64,000 nt of DNA from Candidatus Omnitrophota bacterium (GTDB lineage: Bacteria > Omnitrophota > Gorgyraeia > Gygaellales > Profunditerraquicolaceae), in contig JAQUOD010000004.1 in the NCBI GenBank assembly GCA_028717245.1, positions 537 to 64,536 of the forward strand. The letters run 5' to 3'. This document shows, in pieces, positions 1 through 9,586 of the stretch. How positions within the stretch are numbered: the stretch's first letter is position 1; each line of letters starts with the position of its first letter. A program made the position numbers and the translations under genes. The notes under the pieces are model-generated. The model made no database searches, was not told the DNA's origin, and worked only from the letters and a program-made list of their open reading frames with translations.

Positions 1-1051
1 TAATGCGGCCTAATTTTACGGAAGTGCCGATAGTATTCTCAAGCGTTTCCAGGAACCCCTCCAGGAGTACGGCCCTTCCCGTAGCTATGAAATGATTCAC
101 GTCATCAATGGGGCACATCTTTGTTAATGCCTCTTTAATATCCTGGCAGATTAATTTTGCCGCGGAGGTGAGGATCTCACAAGCCGCTTTCTGATTTATG
201 GGTTTGTACATATTGTCCTGTTTGATCAGGACCTCCTTATCATGGCCTGTCTGGCTATAATCACCTATGGCGCCATGAGACCGCTTGATATCCTCCGCCA
301 GATCAAAGGGTATCTTGAGCTTTTCGGACAATTGCAGGGTCAAATCATCTCCGCCTACGGATAATATCCTCATATCCTTAAACACCCCGTCTTTAAAGAG
401 AAGCAGTTCGGTAATATCCGAACCGATATCGCAAAGTATGGCCTTGCCTTTTTTGAGGTCTTCGTTGAATACTGCCTCGCTCGTACAAAGGCCGGAAAAG
501 AATACGTCTTTTATTTCATACCCTGCCTGATTCGTGGCCCGGATAAGGCTCTGTATAAAAGAAAGCTTAGCGCAAATCAGGTATAAATCCACTTCCAGCC
601 TGTGGCTGTATAAGCCAAGGGGATTTGAGATATTATTATTCGAATCTATGGCATAATTGTGCGTTATCTGATGGATGATCTCTTCATCCATGCTTGAACC
701 TAATATGCGCGCCTGCTCATTTACCTGCCGTATATCGCTAGTAGTTATCACCTTATTGCCTCTCTCGGCAAGAGGTATGATTGCGCCGCTATGTTTGGTA
801 ACTATATCCAACCCTGAGATGCTGGCATAGATGAACTTGATATTCATACCGGATTTTGCTTTAAGGCTCTTTAATGTATTGCCGATGGAACCGGTCAGGT
901 CTATGGAATTTACTACCGCGCCTTTCTTTACCCCTTTTGATGAGGCCGTTTCAAAGAAGATATTAGCAATATGCCTGCTTTTGATTTCCGCAGCGACCGC
1001 AGAAATCTTACTAGAACTTATATCTAAGGCACAAATATAATTATTGAACAT
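1..1051 (-). CDS. ftsA: Cell division protein FtsA (partial; runs off the window at position 1)
   Basis: Minus-strand translation from the ATG at 1051 gives MFNNYICALDISSSKISAVAAEIKS..., a typical FtsA N-terminus. It overlaps the ftsQ stop and sits in the canonical position after ftsQ. Confidence 0.8.
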   Translation of the reverse strand, partial: MFNNYICALDISSSKISAVAAEIKSRHIANIFFETASSKGVKKGAVVNSIDLTGSIGNTLKSLKAKSGMNIKFIYASISGLDIVTKHSGAIIPLAERGNKVITTSDIRQVNEQARILGSSMDEEIIHQITHNYAIDSNNNISNPLGLYSHRLEVDLYLICAKLSFIQSLIRATNQAGYEIKDVFFSGLCTSEAVFNEDLKKGKAILCDIGSDITELLLFKDGVFKDMRILSVGGDDLTLQLSEKLKIPFDLAEDIKRSHGAIGDYSQTGHDKEVLIKQDNMYKPINQKAACEILTSAAKLICQDIKEALTKMCPIDDVNHFIATGRAVLLEGFLETLENTIGTSVKLGRI

Positions 1052-1835
1052 CTTTAAATTTTATCACCGGTTCTTTAAACCGCAGATCAATATATTTTAT
1101 GTTGCCTGATTCTTTCTTTAACTGGTTAAGCAGGTCCGCTAAAACGCACATCCTGGCATTCACGCCGTTTTGGCCAATCCTCACTTCCAGGACCTGCGGC
1201 AGCGCCACGGTATGCGCCTGCGTATTGCCCGTAGGCCCTACAGGATAAACCATAAAACAGGTAGTATTGGCAGGATCCGCTACGTCGATTCTTTTGATTT
1301 TGTAATTTTTCAGCAAAATATTTGCCCTGGCTGCTCTTATTATATTTAAAGCTATGGCCAGTTCTTTGATATTATACCTCTTGCCGGGCTTAACCCCGCT
1401 AATTTTCTTCTCCAGGCCCGCAATAAGGGGAAGTTCTCCTGGAGCCTGCCCATTCGCTATATCAAACAGCACCATTTCGTTATCTACATAAAAATACCTG
1501 TACAGCTTTACATAGGCTAAGGGAAGGCGTTGCGTAAAAACAATACACAATCTGTCCGGTAAGAGCCTGACCAGGCTGATTTTTTTATAGTCCGGGTATA
1601 GTTCTGAAATATACCTTGATTCCTTCCTTAAGTCAAGGTTAAAGATATTCCGGCCTATCAGATAAGAAAAATCAAAATTTCCTTCCGATTTATTAAAAAC
1701 AACCTCTTTTATTTTAAAATAGTCCAAAGACTTTAAAGTCGCGGCGAGGTAACTGATAATAAAAAATAAAACGGTAAAAATTACTAACCCTAAAATCAGT
1801 AATTTAACCGGAAGATTTATTTTTTGCTTTCTCAT
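1041..1835 (-). CDS. ftsQ: Cell division protein FtsQ/DivIB (POTRA domain, N-terminal TM helix)
   Basis: 264 aa ORF with an N-terminal hydrophobic helix, in the ddl-ftsQ-ftsA position of the dcw cluster. Confidence 0.75.
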   Translation of the reverse strand: MRKQKINLPVKLLILGLVIFTVLFFIISYLAATLKSLDYFKIKEVVFNKSEGNFDFSYLIGRNIFNLDLRKESRYISELYPDYKKISLVRLLPDRLCIVFTQRLPLAYVKLYRYFYVDNEMVLFDIANGQAPGELPLIAGLEKKISGVKPGKRYNIKELAIALNIIRAARANILLKNYKIKRIDVADPANTTCFMVYPVGPTGNTQAHTVALPQVLEVRIGQNGVNARMCVLADLLNQLKKESGNIKYIDLRFKEPVIKFKDVQ

Positions 1836-2778
1836 AGGCTAGTTTAATCAACTTAAGGCAAAGATGCGGGAAATCTATCCCCACTATCCTGGCTGCCTTG
1901 GGCAGGAGGCTAGTCTGCGTCAGGCCGGGGATAGTGTTTATCTCCAGGATGAAGGGCATATTATCCTCACTTAAAATCATATCCACCCTGGAACAGCCGA
2001 AGCATCCTAAAAGTTTATGCGCACATAAGGCTGCCTCCTGTATTTTTTTACTGAGCGCATTCTGCAGTTTAGCGGGTATTATATATTCTGTCATACCGGC
2101 CTGATATTTGGCCTGATAATCAAAGAAGCGTTTTTTAGGGACTATTTCTATCACCGGAAGTGCCTTTTCCTCCAATATACCCACCGTCAATTCTCTCCCC
2201 TCTATATATTCCTCAATGATTACCTTTTCATCAAAACTAAAGGCCTCACCTACTGCCTTATCCAGCTGGCTCTTTGTATCGATGATAGACAGGCCGATAC
2301 TGGAGCCATGCGTGGCAGGTTTCACTACTAATGGCAGGGATAAGGCCATATTATGCATCTTCCAATTTCTATTGTAAGAAAATCTATCCTCTACTTTATA
2401 GCGGGGGACATACAGGCCGTGGGCTTCAAATATCTTACGCGAAGTAATCTTATCCATTGCCAGGCAGCTAGCCATAGCCCCTGAACCGGTATAGGGAATC
2501 TTAAGGCTATCCAGGAGTTCCTGAATTTGCCCGTCTTCTCCGAAGCGGCCGTGTAAGGCGACAAAGGCCAGGCCTATCCTATAGGATTTTATCAGGCGCG
2601 TATTCTTTTTTATATTATCTGTTTTTATATCTATGGCCGCTACTTTAAACCCGAGCTTACTTAAGCTATCGCAGACTGCCTGGCCTGACTTTAGCGAAAT
2701 CTCTCTTTCGGTGGACGGCCCGCCCATAAGGACGCCAATCCTGCCAAATCTATTTTGTAATTTACGGCTCAATGCCAT
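1804..2778 (-). CDS. ddl: D-alanine--D-alanine ligase
   Basis: 324 aa ATP-grasp protein with the Ddl motifs GGPSTEREISLKSG and EINTIPG, between murB and ftsQ. Confidence 0.9.
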   Translation of the reverse strand: MALSRKLQNRFGRIGVLMGGPSTEREISLKSGQAVCDSLSKLGFKVAAIDIKTDNIKKNTRLIKSYRIGLAFVALHGRFGEDGQIQELLDSLKIPYTGSGAMASCLAMDKITSRKIFEAHGLYVPRYKVEDRFSYNRNWKMHNMALSLPLVVKPATHGSSIGLSIIDTKSQLDKAVGEAFSFDEKVIIEEYIEGRELTVGILEEKALPVIEIVPKKRFFDYQAKYQAGMTEYIIPAKLQNALSKKIQEAALCAHKLLGCFGCSRVDMILSEDNMPFILEINTIPGLTQTSLLPKAARIVGIDFPHLCLKLIKLAYEKAKNKSSG

Positions 2779-3692
2779 ATTTTTATCTCAGGCTTTAAAA
2801 TAATATTAAATCTATCCTTTACCTTTCTTCTGGCCAAATCCATCAATTTTAAAACATCGCCTGCTTTGCCATCGCCGAGATTCAAGATAAAATTGGCGTG
2901 CTTAGAAGAGATACATGCATCTTCAACCCGCCTGCCTTTTAAGCCGCACAAATCCATTAATCTACCCGCTGAATCTCCTTCGGGGTTTCTGAAAACGCAA
3001 CCTGCCGAAGGCCCTGTTAAATCCTGCGTGCCTTTACGGTAATTGATGTATTTTTTTATCCTCTCCTGAATTTTGGTTTTATTTCCCCTCGCTAACTTCA
3101 AGCGCGCGCTTAAAATAATATATTTTGCTAAGCCGGATTCCCGATAACTGAATTTTATATCTTTTTTAGGCAAGGCCTTTATGTTACCGTTGTAATCCAT
3201 AACTATAACATCCTCTACTAAGTCACCGATACTTCTGGTTTTTGTTTTTCGATTTGGGATTTGGGATTTGGGATTTGGGATTTTCTCTGATATCCCCGCA
3301 TTCATGGCCAAAGCGCCGCCGAGCGTACCGGGTATGCCCGCTAAAAATTCCATACCGGATAAACCATGCCCACCAGCAAAAAGAAGAGCCTTAGTTAACA
3401 AAACGCCGCTTCCTGCCTCAAGATATTTCCCACAGCAGGAGAGTTTTTTAAAAGCAGGGGCGCTTAATCTTAAGACTATGCCGCTTGTCCCCTTATCGCT
3501 TGCCAGGATATTGCTGCCTTTACCGATTACGTAAAGCGGGATCTTATTTCTTAAACTCAAGAGAAGTTTTAAGTCATCAGTATCTTCGGGCTCGACAAAG
3601 AATCTAGCCTTCCCGCCGATTTTAAAAGTAGTATGCCTTTTTAGCGGTTCCCCTGACTTAATCTTTCCTTTGAAGCATCTGTGCCAATTCAT
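2769..3692 (-). CDS. murB: UDP-N-acetylenolpyruvoylglucosamine reductase MurB
   Basis: FAD-binding MurB-like sequence (RHTTFKIGGKARFFVEPED). It carries an in-frame CCCAAAT x4 insert. Confidence 0.9.
   Translation of the reverse strand: MNWHRCFKGKIKSGEPLKRHTTFKIGGKARFFVEPEDTDDLKLLLSLRNKIPLYVIGKGSNILASDKGTSGIVLRLSAPAFKKLSCCGKYLEAGSGVLLTKALLFAGGHGLSGMEFLAGIPGTLGGALAMNAGISEKIPNPKSQIPNRKTKTRSIGDLVEDVIVMDYNGNIKALPKKDIKFSYRESGLAKYIILSARLKLARGNKTKIQERIKKYINYRKGTQDLTGPSAGCVFRNPEGDSAGRLMDLCGLKGRRVEDACISSKHANFILNLGDGKAGDVLKLMDLARRKVKDRFNIILKPEIKIWH
3251..3284. repeat. Heptanucleotide tandem repeat (gatttgg x4 plus a partial unit) inside murB, in frame
   Basis: Direct read of the sequence. It encodes IPNPKSQIPNRK in MurB. 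Confidence 0.9.
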
Positions 3693-5046
3693 CGCAGGTT
3701 TTTACGATATCGCCTGCCCCTAAAGTTACTAAGAGGTCATGCGGCCGGATATTCTCTAAAACATGCGCCGCTATTTCTTCTTTAGGCAGGAAATGTATCT
3801 GCTTTTGCGGCGAACGTTCTTTTATTTTATCATAAATAAGCCTGCCGTCTATACCGGCTTGCGGCTCTTCCCCTGCCGGATAGATATCCGTAACAATAAT
3901 ATAATCCGCCAGATCAAAGCTCTTCCCGAATTCCCCTGAAAGCAGCTTTGTGCGGGTATAACGGTGGGGCTGGAATATGGCGATCAACCTGTTACTCTTT
4001 AAATTTTTTAATGCCGCGAGCGTTGCCTTTATCTCGGTAGGATGATGCGCGTAATCATCCACCAATAAATATCCCTTATCGCTGAATTTGACTTCCAGCC
4101 TCCTCTTGGCCCCTTTGTAACCGGCCAGCGTATCTTTTATTACTTTTAAATCTATCCCCAGTTCAAGCCCTAAAGCAATAACCGAAAGGGCATTAGAGAT
4201 ATTATGCTCACCGCCTAAGGCTAGGTAAAACCTGTCCAAAAATTTATCCTGATAAAAACAATCAAACTGCGAAGATAGCTCTTTTATTTCAATGGCCTTC
4301 GGATATATCTCGGCGCCATCTTTGAGGCCAAAGAGCAGGTATCTATTTTTATAATCTTTTATCATCTCCCTTAAATTCATATCGTCGCTGCAGGCAAACA
4401 CGCAGCCGTCTGCCCTGGTATTTGTTAAGAATTTTTTGAAAGCGGCCAGGGTATTCTTGAATTCCCCGTAGTAATCGAGGTGCTCGTAATCTATGTTGGT
4501 AATTATGGAGTATTTCGGGCGATAATATAAAAAGGAACCATCAGACTCATCTGCCTCTGCCACAAAAAACTTTCCGTCTCCCAGGCAAGCGTTAGTGTCT
4601 ATATTTCTTAAGATCCCGCCTACTGCTATGGTAGGCGAAAACCCCGCCTGTAATAAAAGATAGGACACTAAAGAAGCAGTGGTAGTCTTACCGTGGCTTC
4701 CGGTGACAGTGACGACAACCTCATCTTCCATGAGGCCTGAGAGCGCCTCTGCCCTCTTTATTAAAGGGATGCGCTGTTTTTGTGCCTCCTGCATCTCAGG
4801 ATTGCCCCGGCAAATCGCAGAAGAATAAATAATTATATCCGCACCCTTGATATTAGCAGGATCATGCCCGATAAAAACCTGCGCCCCTAAGTTTTTTAAT
4901 TCCTGCGTAATCTTGGTCTCTTTTAAATCCGAACCGCTCACACCAAAGCCGCGGCGCAGGAGCAGCCGGGCAATGCCGCTCATGCCGATTCCAGCGATAC
5001 CGATGAGATGATAATGTTTATGATGAGGGGAATGAGAATTTTTCAT
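3658..5046 (-). CDS. murC: UDP-N-acetylmuramate--L-alanine ligase MurC
   Basis: Mur ligase motifs (GIAGIGMSGIA, TGSHGKTTT) and dcw cluster position. Confidence 0.9.
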   Translation of the reverse strand: MKNSHSPHHKHYHLIGIAGIGMSGIARLLLRRGFGVSGSDLKETKITQELKNLGAQVFIGHDPANIKGADIIIYSSAICRGNPEMQEAQKQRIPLIKRAEALSGLMEDEVVVTVTGSHGKTTTASLVSYLLLQAGFSPTIAVGGILRNIDTNACLGDGKFFVAEADESDGSFLYYRPKYSIITNIDYEHLDYYGEFKNTLAAFKKFLTNTRADGCVFACSDDMNLREMIKDYKNRYLLFGLKDGAEIYPKAIEIKELSSQFDCFYQDKFLDRFYLALGGEHNISNALSVIALGLELGIDLKVIKDTLAGYKGAKRRLEVKFSDKGYLLVDDYAHHPTEIKATLAALKNLKSNRLIAIFQPHRYTRTKLLSGEFGKSFDLADYIIVTDIYPAGEEPQAGIDGRLIYDKIKERSPQKQIHFLPKEEIAAHVLENIRPHDLLVTLGAGDIVKTCDELAQMLQRKD

Positions 5047-6131
5047 CAGTTTAAAGATAAGACACTCTGCGTAAATACCGTATTCGTATCCACCTTAGAG
5101 AATACGCTACAATAAGAATGTATAGTTTCTAACTTCCGGGGATTCTTGGCAAAGTCCTCGATATTCTTTTTTAAAATATCGCTGTTTAAATCCTTATCCT
5201 GAATTATAACCGCGCACCCCTTACTTTCCAGCGCCCGGGCATTGGCCATTTGATGTTCATAGGCAAAGGGATACGGGATGAGTATTGCCGCAAGCCCAAA
5301 GAACATTATCTCCGCGATAGTGCTGGCGCCGGCACGCGAAATGACCAGATCAGAAACACTATAGGCATATTGCATCTCTTTTAAAAAAGCAAAGAGGCGA
5401 ATATCCACGCCGGTATTCCTATAATCTTCCTCCAACGCGCTAAAATCTTTTGGTCCGGCAAGATGAATAACCTGGAATTTCGATTTATCGGACAGGGCAG
5501 AAACCGCCCCCAGGAATTCCAGGTTAATCCTGCTGCTGCCCTGGCTGCCGCCCATAACCAGCATCGTAAATTTCTCAGCGCTGAATCCGAAAAAATCCAG
5601 GGCCTCTTTTTTATTTATACGGGCCAGCTGCCTGCGCATAGGATTACCGGTAACGACCGTTTTATTTTCATATTTTTTTAAATAATCCCTGCTTTCGGCA
5701 AAAGAAAGAGCAATCTTATCGCTGAATATAGCCAGGAGCCTGTTGGCGCGGCCGGGGATTACATTTTGCTCGTGTATCAATGTTTTTATCCTGAATAGCC
5801 AGGCGAAGGTTACCGCAGGTACGCTCGCTAAGCTGCCGAATCCGACTACGATATCGGGCCGGAATGTCAAAAGCATAACCATGCTTTTCAGGGAGGCCCG
5901 GAAAAAATTAAATATAGCAAATAAATTCCTGAAATCAAGGGTTAGTTTTATGGAGGAAAACGGGATATAACACACATTATAACCGGTTTTCTCTATTTGC
6001 CCTGCTATATTACTTACCGGTAAAATTAATAGCGTCTCTATATCCTTATGATTTTCCCTTAACGTATCTAAAAAACCCAGCGCAGGAAAGATGTGCCCGC
6101 CGCTGGAACCGGTAACCGCCAGGATCCTCAT
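5046..6131 (-). CDS. murG: UDP-GlcNAc:undecaprenyl-PP-MurNAc-pentapeptide GlcNAc transferase MurG
   Basis: GT28 family N-terminus MRILAVTGSSGGHIFPAL; position between ftsW and murC. Confidence 0.9.
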   Translation of the reverse strand: MRILAVTGSSGGHIFPALGFLDTLRENHKDIETLLILPVSNIAGQIEKTGYNVCYIPFSSIKLTLDFRNLFAIFNFFRASLKSMVMLLTFRPDIVVGFGSLASVPAVTFAWLFRIKTLIHEQNVIPGRANRLLAIFSDKIALSFAESRDYLKKYENKTVVTGNPMRRQLARINKKEALDFFGFSAEKFTMLVMGGSQGSSRINLEFLGAVSALSDKSKFQVIHLAGPKDFSALEEDYRNTGVDIRLFAFLKEMQYAYSVSDLVISRAGASTIAEIMFFGLAAILIPYPFAYEHQMANARALESKGCAVIIQDKDLNSDILKKNIEDFAKNPRKLETIHSYCSVFSKVDTNTVFTQSVLSLN

Positions 6132-7222
6132 GGATATTCTCCTGTGCGCGCGATATTCATCAGCATGCCCACGCTGACCATATCAAAGATAAAAGAAGAG
6201 CCGCCGTAACTGATAAAAGGCAAAGGCAGGCCCTTAGTAGGTAAAACGCCGCAGGAAACACCGATATTTATCGTGGCCTTCAGGGAAATCATTAAAACCA
6301 GGCCTAAGCTTAAAAAATAACTGAACCTATCCGGCGCGTTTTTGATTATCTTAAGGCCCTGCTGTATAAAAACCATCAATAATACTATTACGCCTACCGT
6401 ACCCAAAAAACCCAATTCTTCCCCGATTATGGAAAAAATAAAATCAGTATGCGCTGCCGGCAGATAAAATAATTTTTGCCGGGAATGGCCCAGGCCTACT
6501 CCGAATATCCCTCCTGAGCCCAAGGCAACCTGCGACTGGATGACCTGAAAACCGCTGCCTCTGGGGTCCATCCAGGGGTTTAAAAATGACATAATACGCA
6601 TCCTGCGGTAAGGGACATTAAATATCAATATATAAAGTAAAGGCAGGCTTCCCAGGGCTAATGACACAAGATAAGATACCCGCACCCCCGCGACAAAAAG
6701 CATGATAAATACTACCATACCCAATGCTAAGACCGTCCCTAAATCCGGCTGCGCAAGGATCAACAACGCCGTAGCCCCTAAAACGGCTATCGCAGGCGCA
6801 AACCCGTGCCAGAATGTTTTTATATCGCTGCTTTTTCTGGCGATGAAATCTGCTATGTAAATAATCACCGCCAGGTTAGCAAACTCCGAGGGCTGGAAAC
6901 TGATAAATTTAAACCTGAACCACCTGCGTGCCCCTGCCACTTCCCTGCCTAATCCCGGGATTAATACCAAAACAAGCGATACAAACGATAATACCAAAGC
7001 AGGCTTGGCCCATTTGCGAAAATTCTTGTAATCGATAACCATTGCCAATAACATAAGGAATGCCCCGATAATAATAAAACTGACGTGCCTTTTTAAAAAG
7101 AAAAAACTGTCTTTGTACCTCTCCCAGGCATAGATGCTGGAAGCGCTGTAAATCATCACCACGCCGATACAGATGAGGATAAAGGTAGTAATAAAAAGAT
7201 TGATTCTGGTATTACGGACCAT
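6128..7222 (-). CDS. ftsW: Lipid II flippase/peptidoglycan polymerase FtsW (SEDS family)
   Basis: Polytopic membrane protein of the SEDS family, between murD and murG. Confidence 0.88.
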   Translation of the reverse strand: MVRNTRINLFITTFILICIGVVMIYSASSIYAWERYKDSFFFLKRHVSFIIIGAFLMLLAMVIDYKNFRKWAKPALVLSFVSLVLVLIPGLGREVAGARRWFRFKFISFQPSEFANLAVIIYIADFIARKSSDIKTFWHGFAPAIAVLGATALLILAQPDLGTVLALGMVVFIMLFVAGVRVSYLVSLALGSLPLLYILIFNVPYRRMRIMSFLNPWMDPRGSGFQVIQSQVALGSGGIFGVGLGHSRQKLFYLPAAHTDFIFSIIGEELGFLGTVGVIVLLMVFIQQGLKIIKNAPDRFSYFLSLGLVLMISLKATINIGVSCGVLPTKGLPLPFISYGGSSFIFDMVSVGMLMNIARTGEYP

Positions 7223-8495
7223 CTTGATTTTGCGCTAAAGTAAAGACTGCTTTTTTAAAAGCCTTTCCTCTTTCTTCATAGTTAAGAAACATATCGAAAC
7301 TTGAGCACATCGGCGAAAGCAAAACGCAATCACCGGGCTCTGCCCTGGAAAAGGCGAATCTGACCGCTTCTTCAAGGGTAGAAGACTCATGGATATCCGG
7401 AAATCCTTTTAAGGCATTCTTTATCTTCTCTTTCGCCTCTCCGATTAAGATAACTTCTTTTGCTTTTTTACGTATTAAGTCAGCGGCTATGCCATAATCA
7501 ACGCCCTTGTGCCTGCCTCCAGCAATCAAGAGCACGGGCCGGGGAATATTGTTCAACGCCCAGATAGTAGAGTCTGCGGTCGTGCTCTTTGAATCATTGA
7601 TAAAGGTAATGCCGTTTATCTGCGTTACCTCCTCCAGCCGATGTTCCAGGCCCTTAAAATCCCTGAATACCTTAAGGCAAGTTTCCTTATCTATGCCTAA
7701 TATCGAGCCTACGGCTAAAACCGCAGCCTGATTGGGATTTAAATCTGGTGTTTGGGAAAAATATATCGCCCTGGCCTTTGCCTCTTTAGAAAAATCCTTA
7801 ACTACCGGGTCGTCGTAATTTAAAACCAAAAAATCGGACTCATCCTGGTTCATAAATATGCGTTTTTTTGCCTTTAGGTATTCCTGCATATCCTTATGCC
7901 TGTCCAGATGATTACGGGAAAAATTTAGGATTACGGAAATTTTCGGTTTGAAATCCCGTATCTTCTCCAGCTGGAACGAACTCACCTCCAGGGACACAAA
8001 ATCATCTGCCTGCATCTTCTGCACTTCGCCGCAAAAAGGATTACCGATATTGCCGCAGACAAAAACATTCCTCCTGCCTGCTTCCAATACCTTGCCGATT
8101 AAGGTAGTAACAGTACTCTTGCCGTTTGAGCCCGTAACCGCAATTACCGTCGCCGGGCATACCAGCCAAGCCAGCTCTATCTCGCTTATTATGGGTATTT
8201 GATATTGCCTTGCCAAAACGTGCGCCAATGAGGCATCGGGGATACCGGGCGAGGTAACAATCAAATCTTTATTCTTTATGAATTCCTGCGAGTGTTTACC
8301 TGTTTCAAATTTTATATCTTTTGATTTCAGCTGTGCGGCATTTGCGCGCGTAGAATCATTATCCTGGTTATCCGTGACGCTCACCCTCGCGCCCAGATCA
8401 TAGAGTAGATTAGCGCAGGCAAGGCCGGAACGGGCAAGCCCGGCTACAGTAACCTTTTTATTCTTGAAATAACCTGTATCCCGCATGAAAAACAA
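7212..8495 (-). CDS. murD: UDP-N-acetylmuramoylalanine--D-glutamate ligase MurD
   Basis: Mur ligase with N-terminal Rossmann fold (VAGLARSGLA) and TGSNGKST. Confidence 0.9.
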   Translation of the reverse strand: MFFMRDTGYFKNKKVTVAGLARSGLACANLLYDLGARVSVTDNQDNDSTRANAAQLKSKDIKFETGKHSQEFIKNKDLIVTSPGIPDASLAHVLARQYQIPIISEIELAWLVCPATVIAVTGSNGKSTVTTLIGKVLEAGRRNVFVCGNIGNPFCGEVQKMQADDFVSLEVSSFQLEKIRDFKPKISVILNFSRNHLDRHKDMQEYLKAKKRIFMNQDESDFLVLNYDDPVVKDFSKEAKARAIYFSQTPDLNPNQAAVLAVGSILGIDKETCLKVFRDFKGLEHRLEEVTQINGITFINDSKSTTADSTIWALNNIPRPVLLIAGGRHKGVDYGIAADLIRKKAKEVILIGEAKEKIKNALKGFPDIHESSTLEEAVRFAFSRAEPGDCVLLSPMCSSFDMFLNYEERGKAFKKAVFTLAQNQDGP

Positions 8496-9584
8496 TCACC
8501 TTATCTTCAGGGTAATTATAGTCACTAGCGCCAGGAGGCTGGCGATAATCCAGAACCTTACGATGACCTTATTCTCCGGCCAGTTGAGAAATTCAAAATG
8601 ATGGTGTAACGGGGCTATCTTAAAGATGCGTTTTTTAGTAAGGCGGAAGGAAAATATCTGCAAGATTACCGACAATGCCTCCAGGACAAATATGCCGCCC
8701 ACGATAACTAGAAGTAACTCTTTCTTTATTAATAAGGCTACGGTCCCCAATGCGCCGCCTAAAGCCAGAGAGCCCACATCCCCCATAAAAATAGAGGCAG
8801 GGTAACAGTTAAACCATAAGAATCCCAGGCCCGCGCCTAGAATACTGGCGCAAAATACGGCCAGTTCGCCGCTGCCTTTGATATAAGGTATAAGCAGATA
8901 ATTACTGAATCTCATATTACCGGATACGTAACTCAAGACGCAAAAAGCCAAAGCTACCATCACTACAATGCCTATGGCCAGGCCGTCTAACCCGTCTGTA
9001 AGATTGACGGCATTGGAAGAACCGGCTATCACTAGGACGACAAAGAGTATATACAGGCCGTCTAAATTCAAAGATACATTTTTTACGAAGGGCAGGTCCA
9101 GCCTGATATTACTGGGTGAGTCCAAGAACAAAAGGCTACCTAGTATTAAACCCAGGATAACCTGGCTGGTTAATTTTGCCGTGGCGCTTAGGCCCTTGGA
9201 TTTCTTTTTTATCTGTTTTAAATAATCGTCGATAAACCCGGTTACGCCCAACCATAAAGTAACGGATAAAACAATAATAATATATTTACTCCCCACCTCC
9301 GCCCAGAGCAAGGTAGCGGAGAATATCGCCGCCAGGATAAGAATCCCTCCCATTGTCGGCGTATCCTTTTTATTTTGATGCAGGCCGTCAAGGCTTAGGC
9401 TATCTCCTTTAGCAATCTTCTCGCCTATTTTTAGTTCCTTCAGTTTCCTGATTAATATCGGGCCATAGATAAGGCTGATAATAAAAGCTGTCATAGCAGC
9501 CATTGCGGCGCGGAAGGTAATATAGCGGAATAGATTAAAGAAAGAAAATAAATCGTGCAGGGGATAAAGCAAATAATAGAGCAT
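8496..9584 (-). CDS. mraY: Phospho-N-acetylmuramoyl-pentapeptide transferase MraY
   Basis: Integral membrane protein with MraY motifs (NAVNLTDGLDGLA). Confidence 0.9.
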   Translation of the reverse strand: MLYYLLYPLHDLFSFFNLFRYITFRAAMAAMTAFIISLIYGPILIRKLKELKIGEKIAKGDSLSLDGLHQNKKDTPTMGGILILAAIFSATLLWAEVGSKYIIIVLSVTLWLGVTGFIDDYLKQIKKKSKGLSATAKLTSQVILGLILGSLLFLDSPSNIRLDLPFVKNVSLNLDGLYILFVVLVIAGSSNAVNLTDGLDGLAIGIVVMVALAFCVLSYVSGNMRFSNYLLIPYIKGSGELAVFCASILGAGLGFLWFNCYPASIFMGDVGSLALGGALGTVALLIKKELLLVIVGGIFVLEALSVILQIFSFRLTKKRIFKIAPLHHHFEFLNWPENKVIVRFWIIASLLALVTIITLKIR

Positions 9585-9586
9585 CT

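Noticed and set aside
285-1040. Plus-strand ORFs 285..530 and 831..1040
   Set aside because: They lie antisense within the minus-strand ftsA coding region, whose N-terminus MFNNYICALDISSSK is clearly FtsA. They have no RBS and no recognisable protein.
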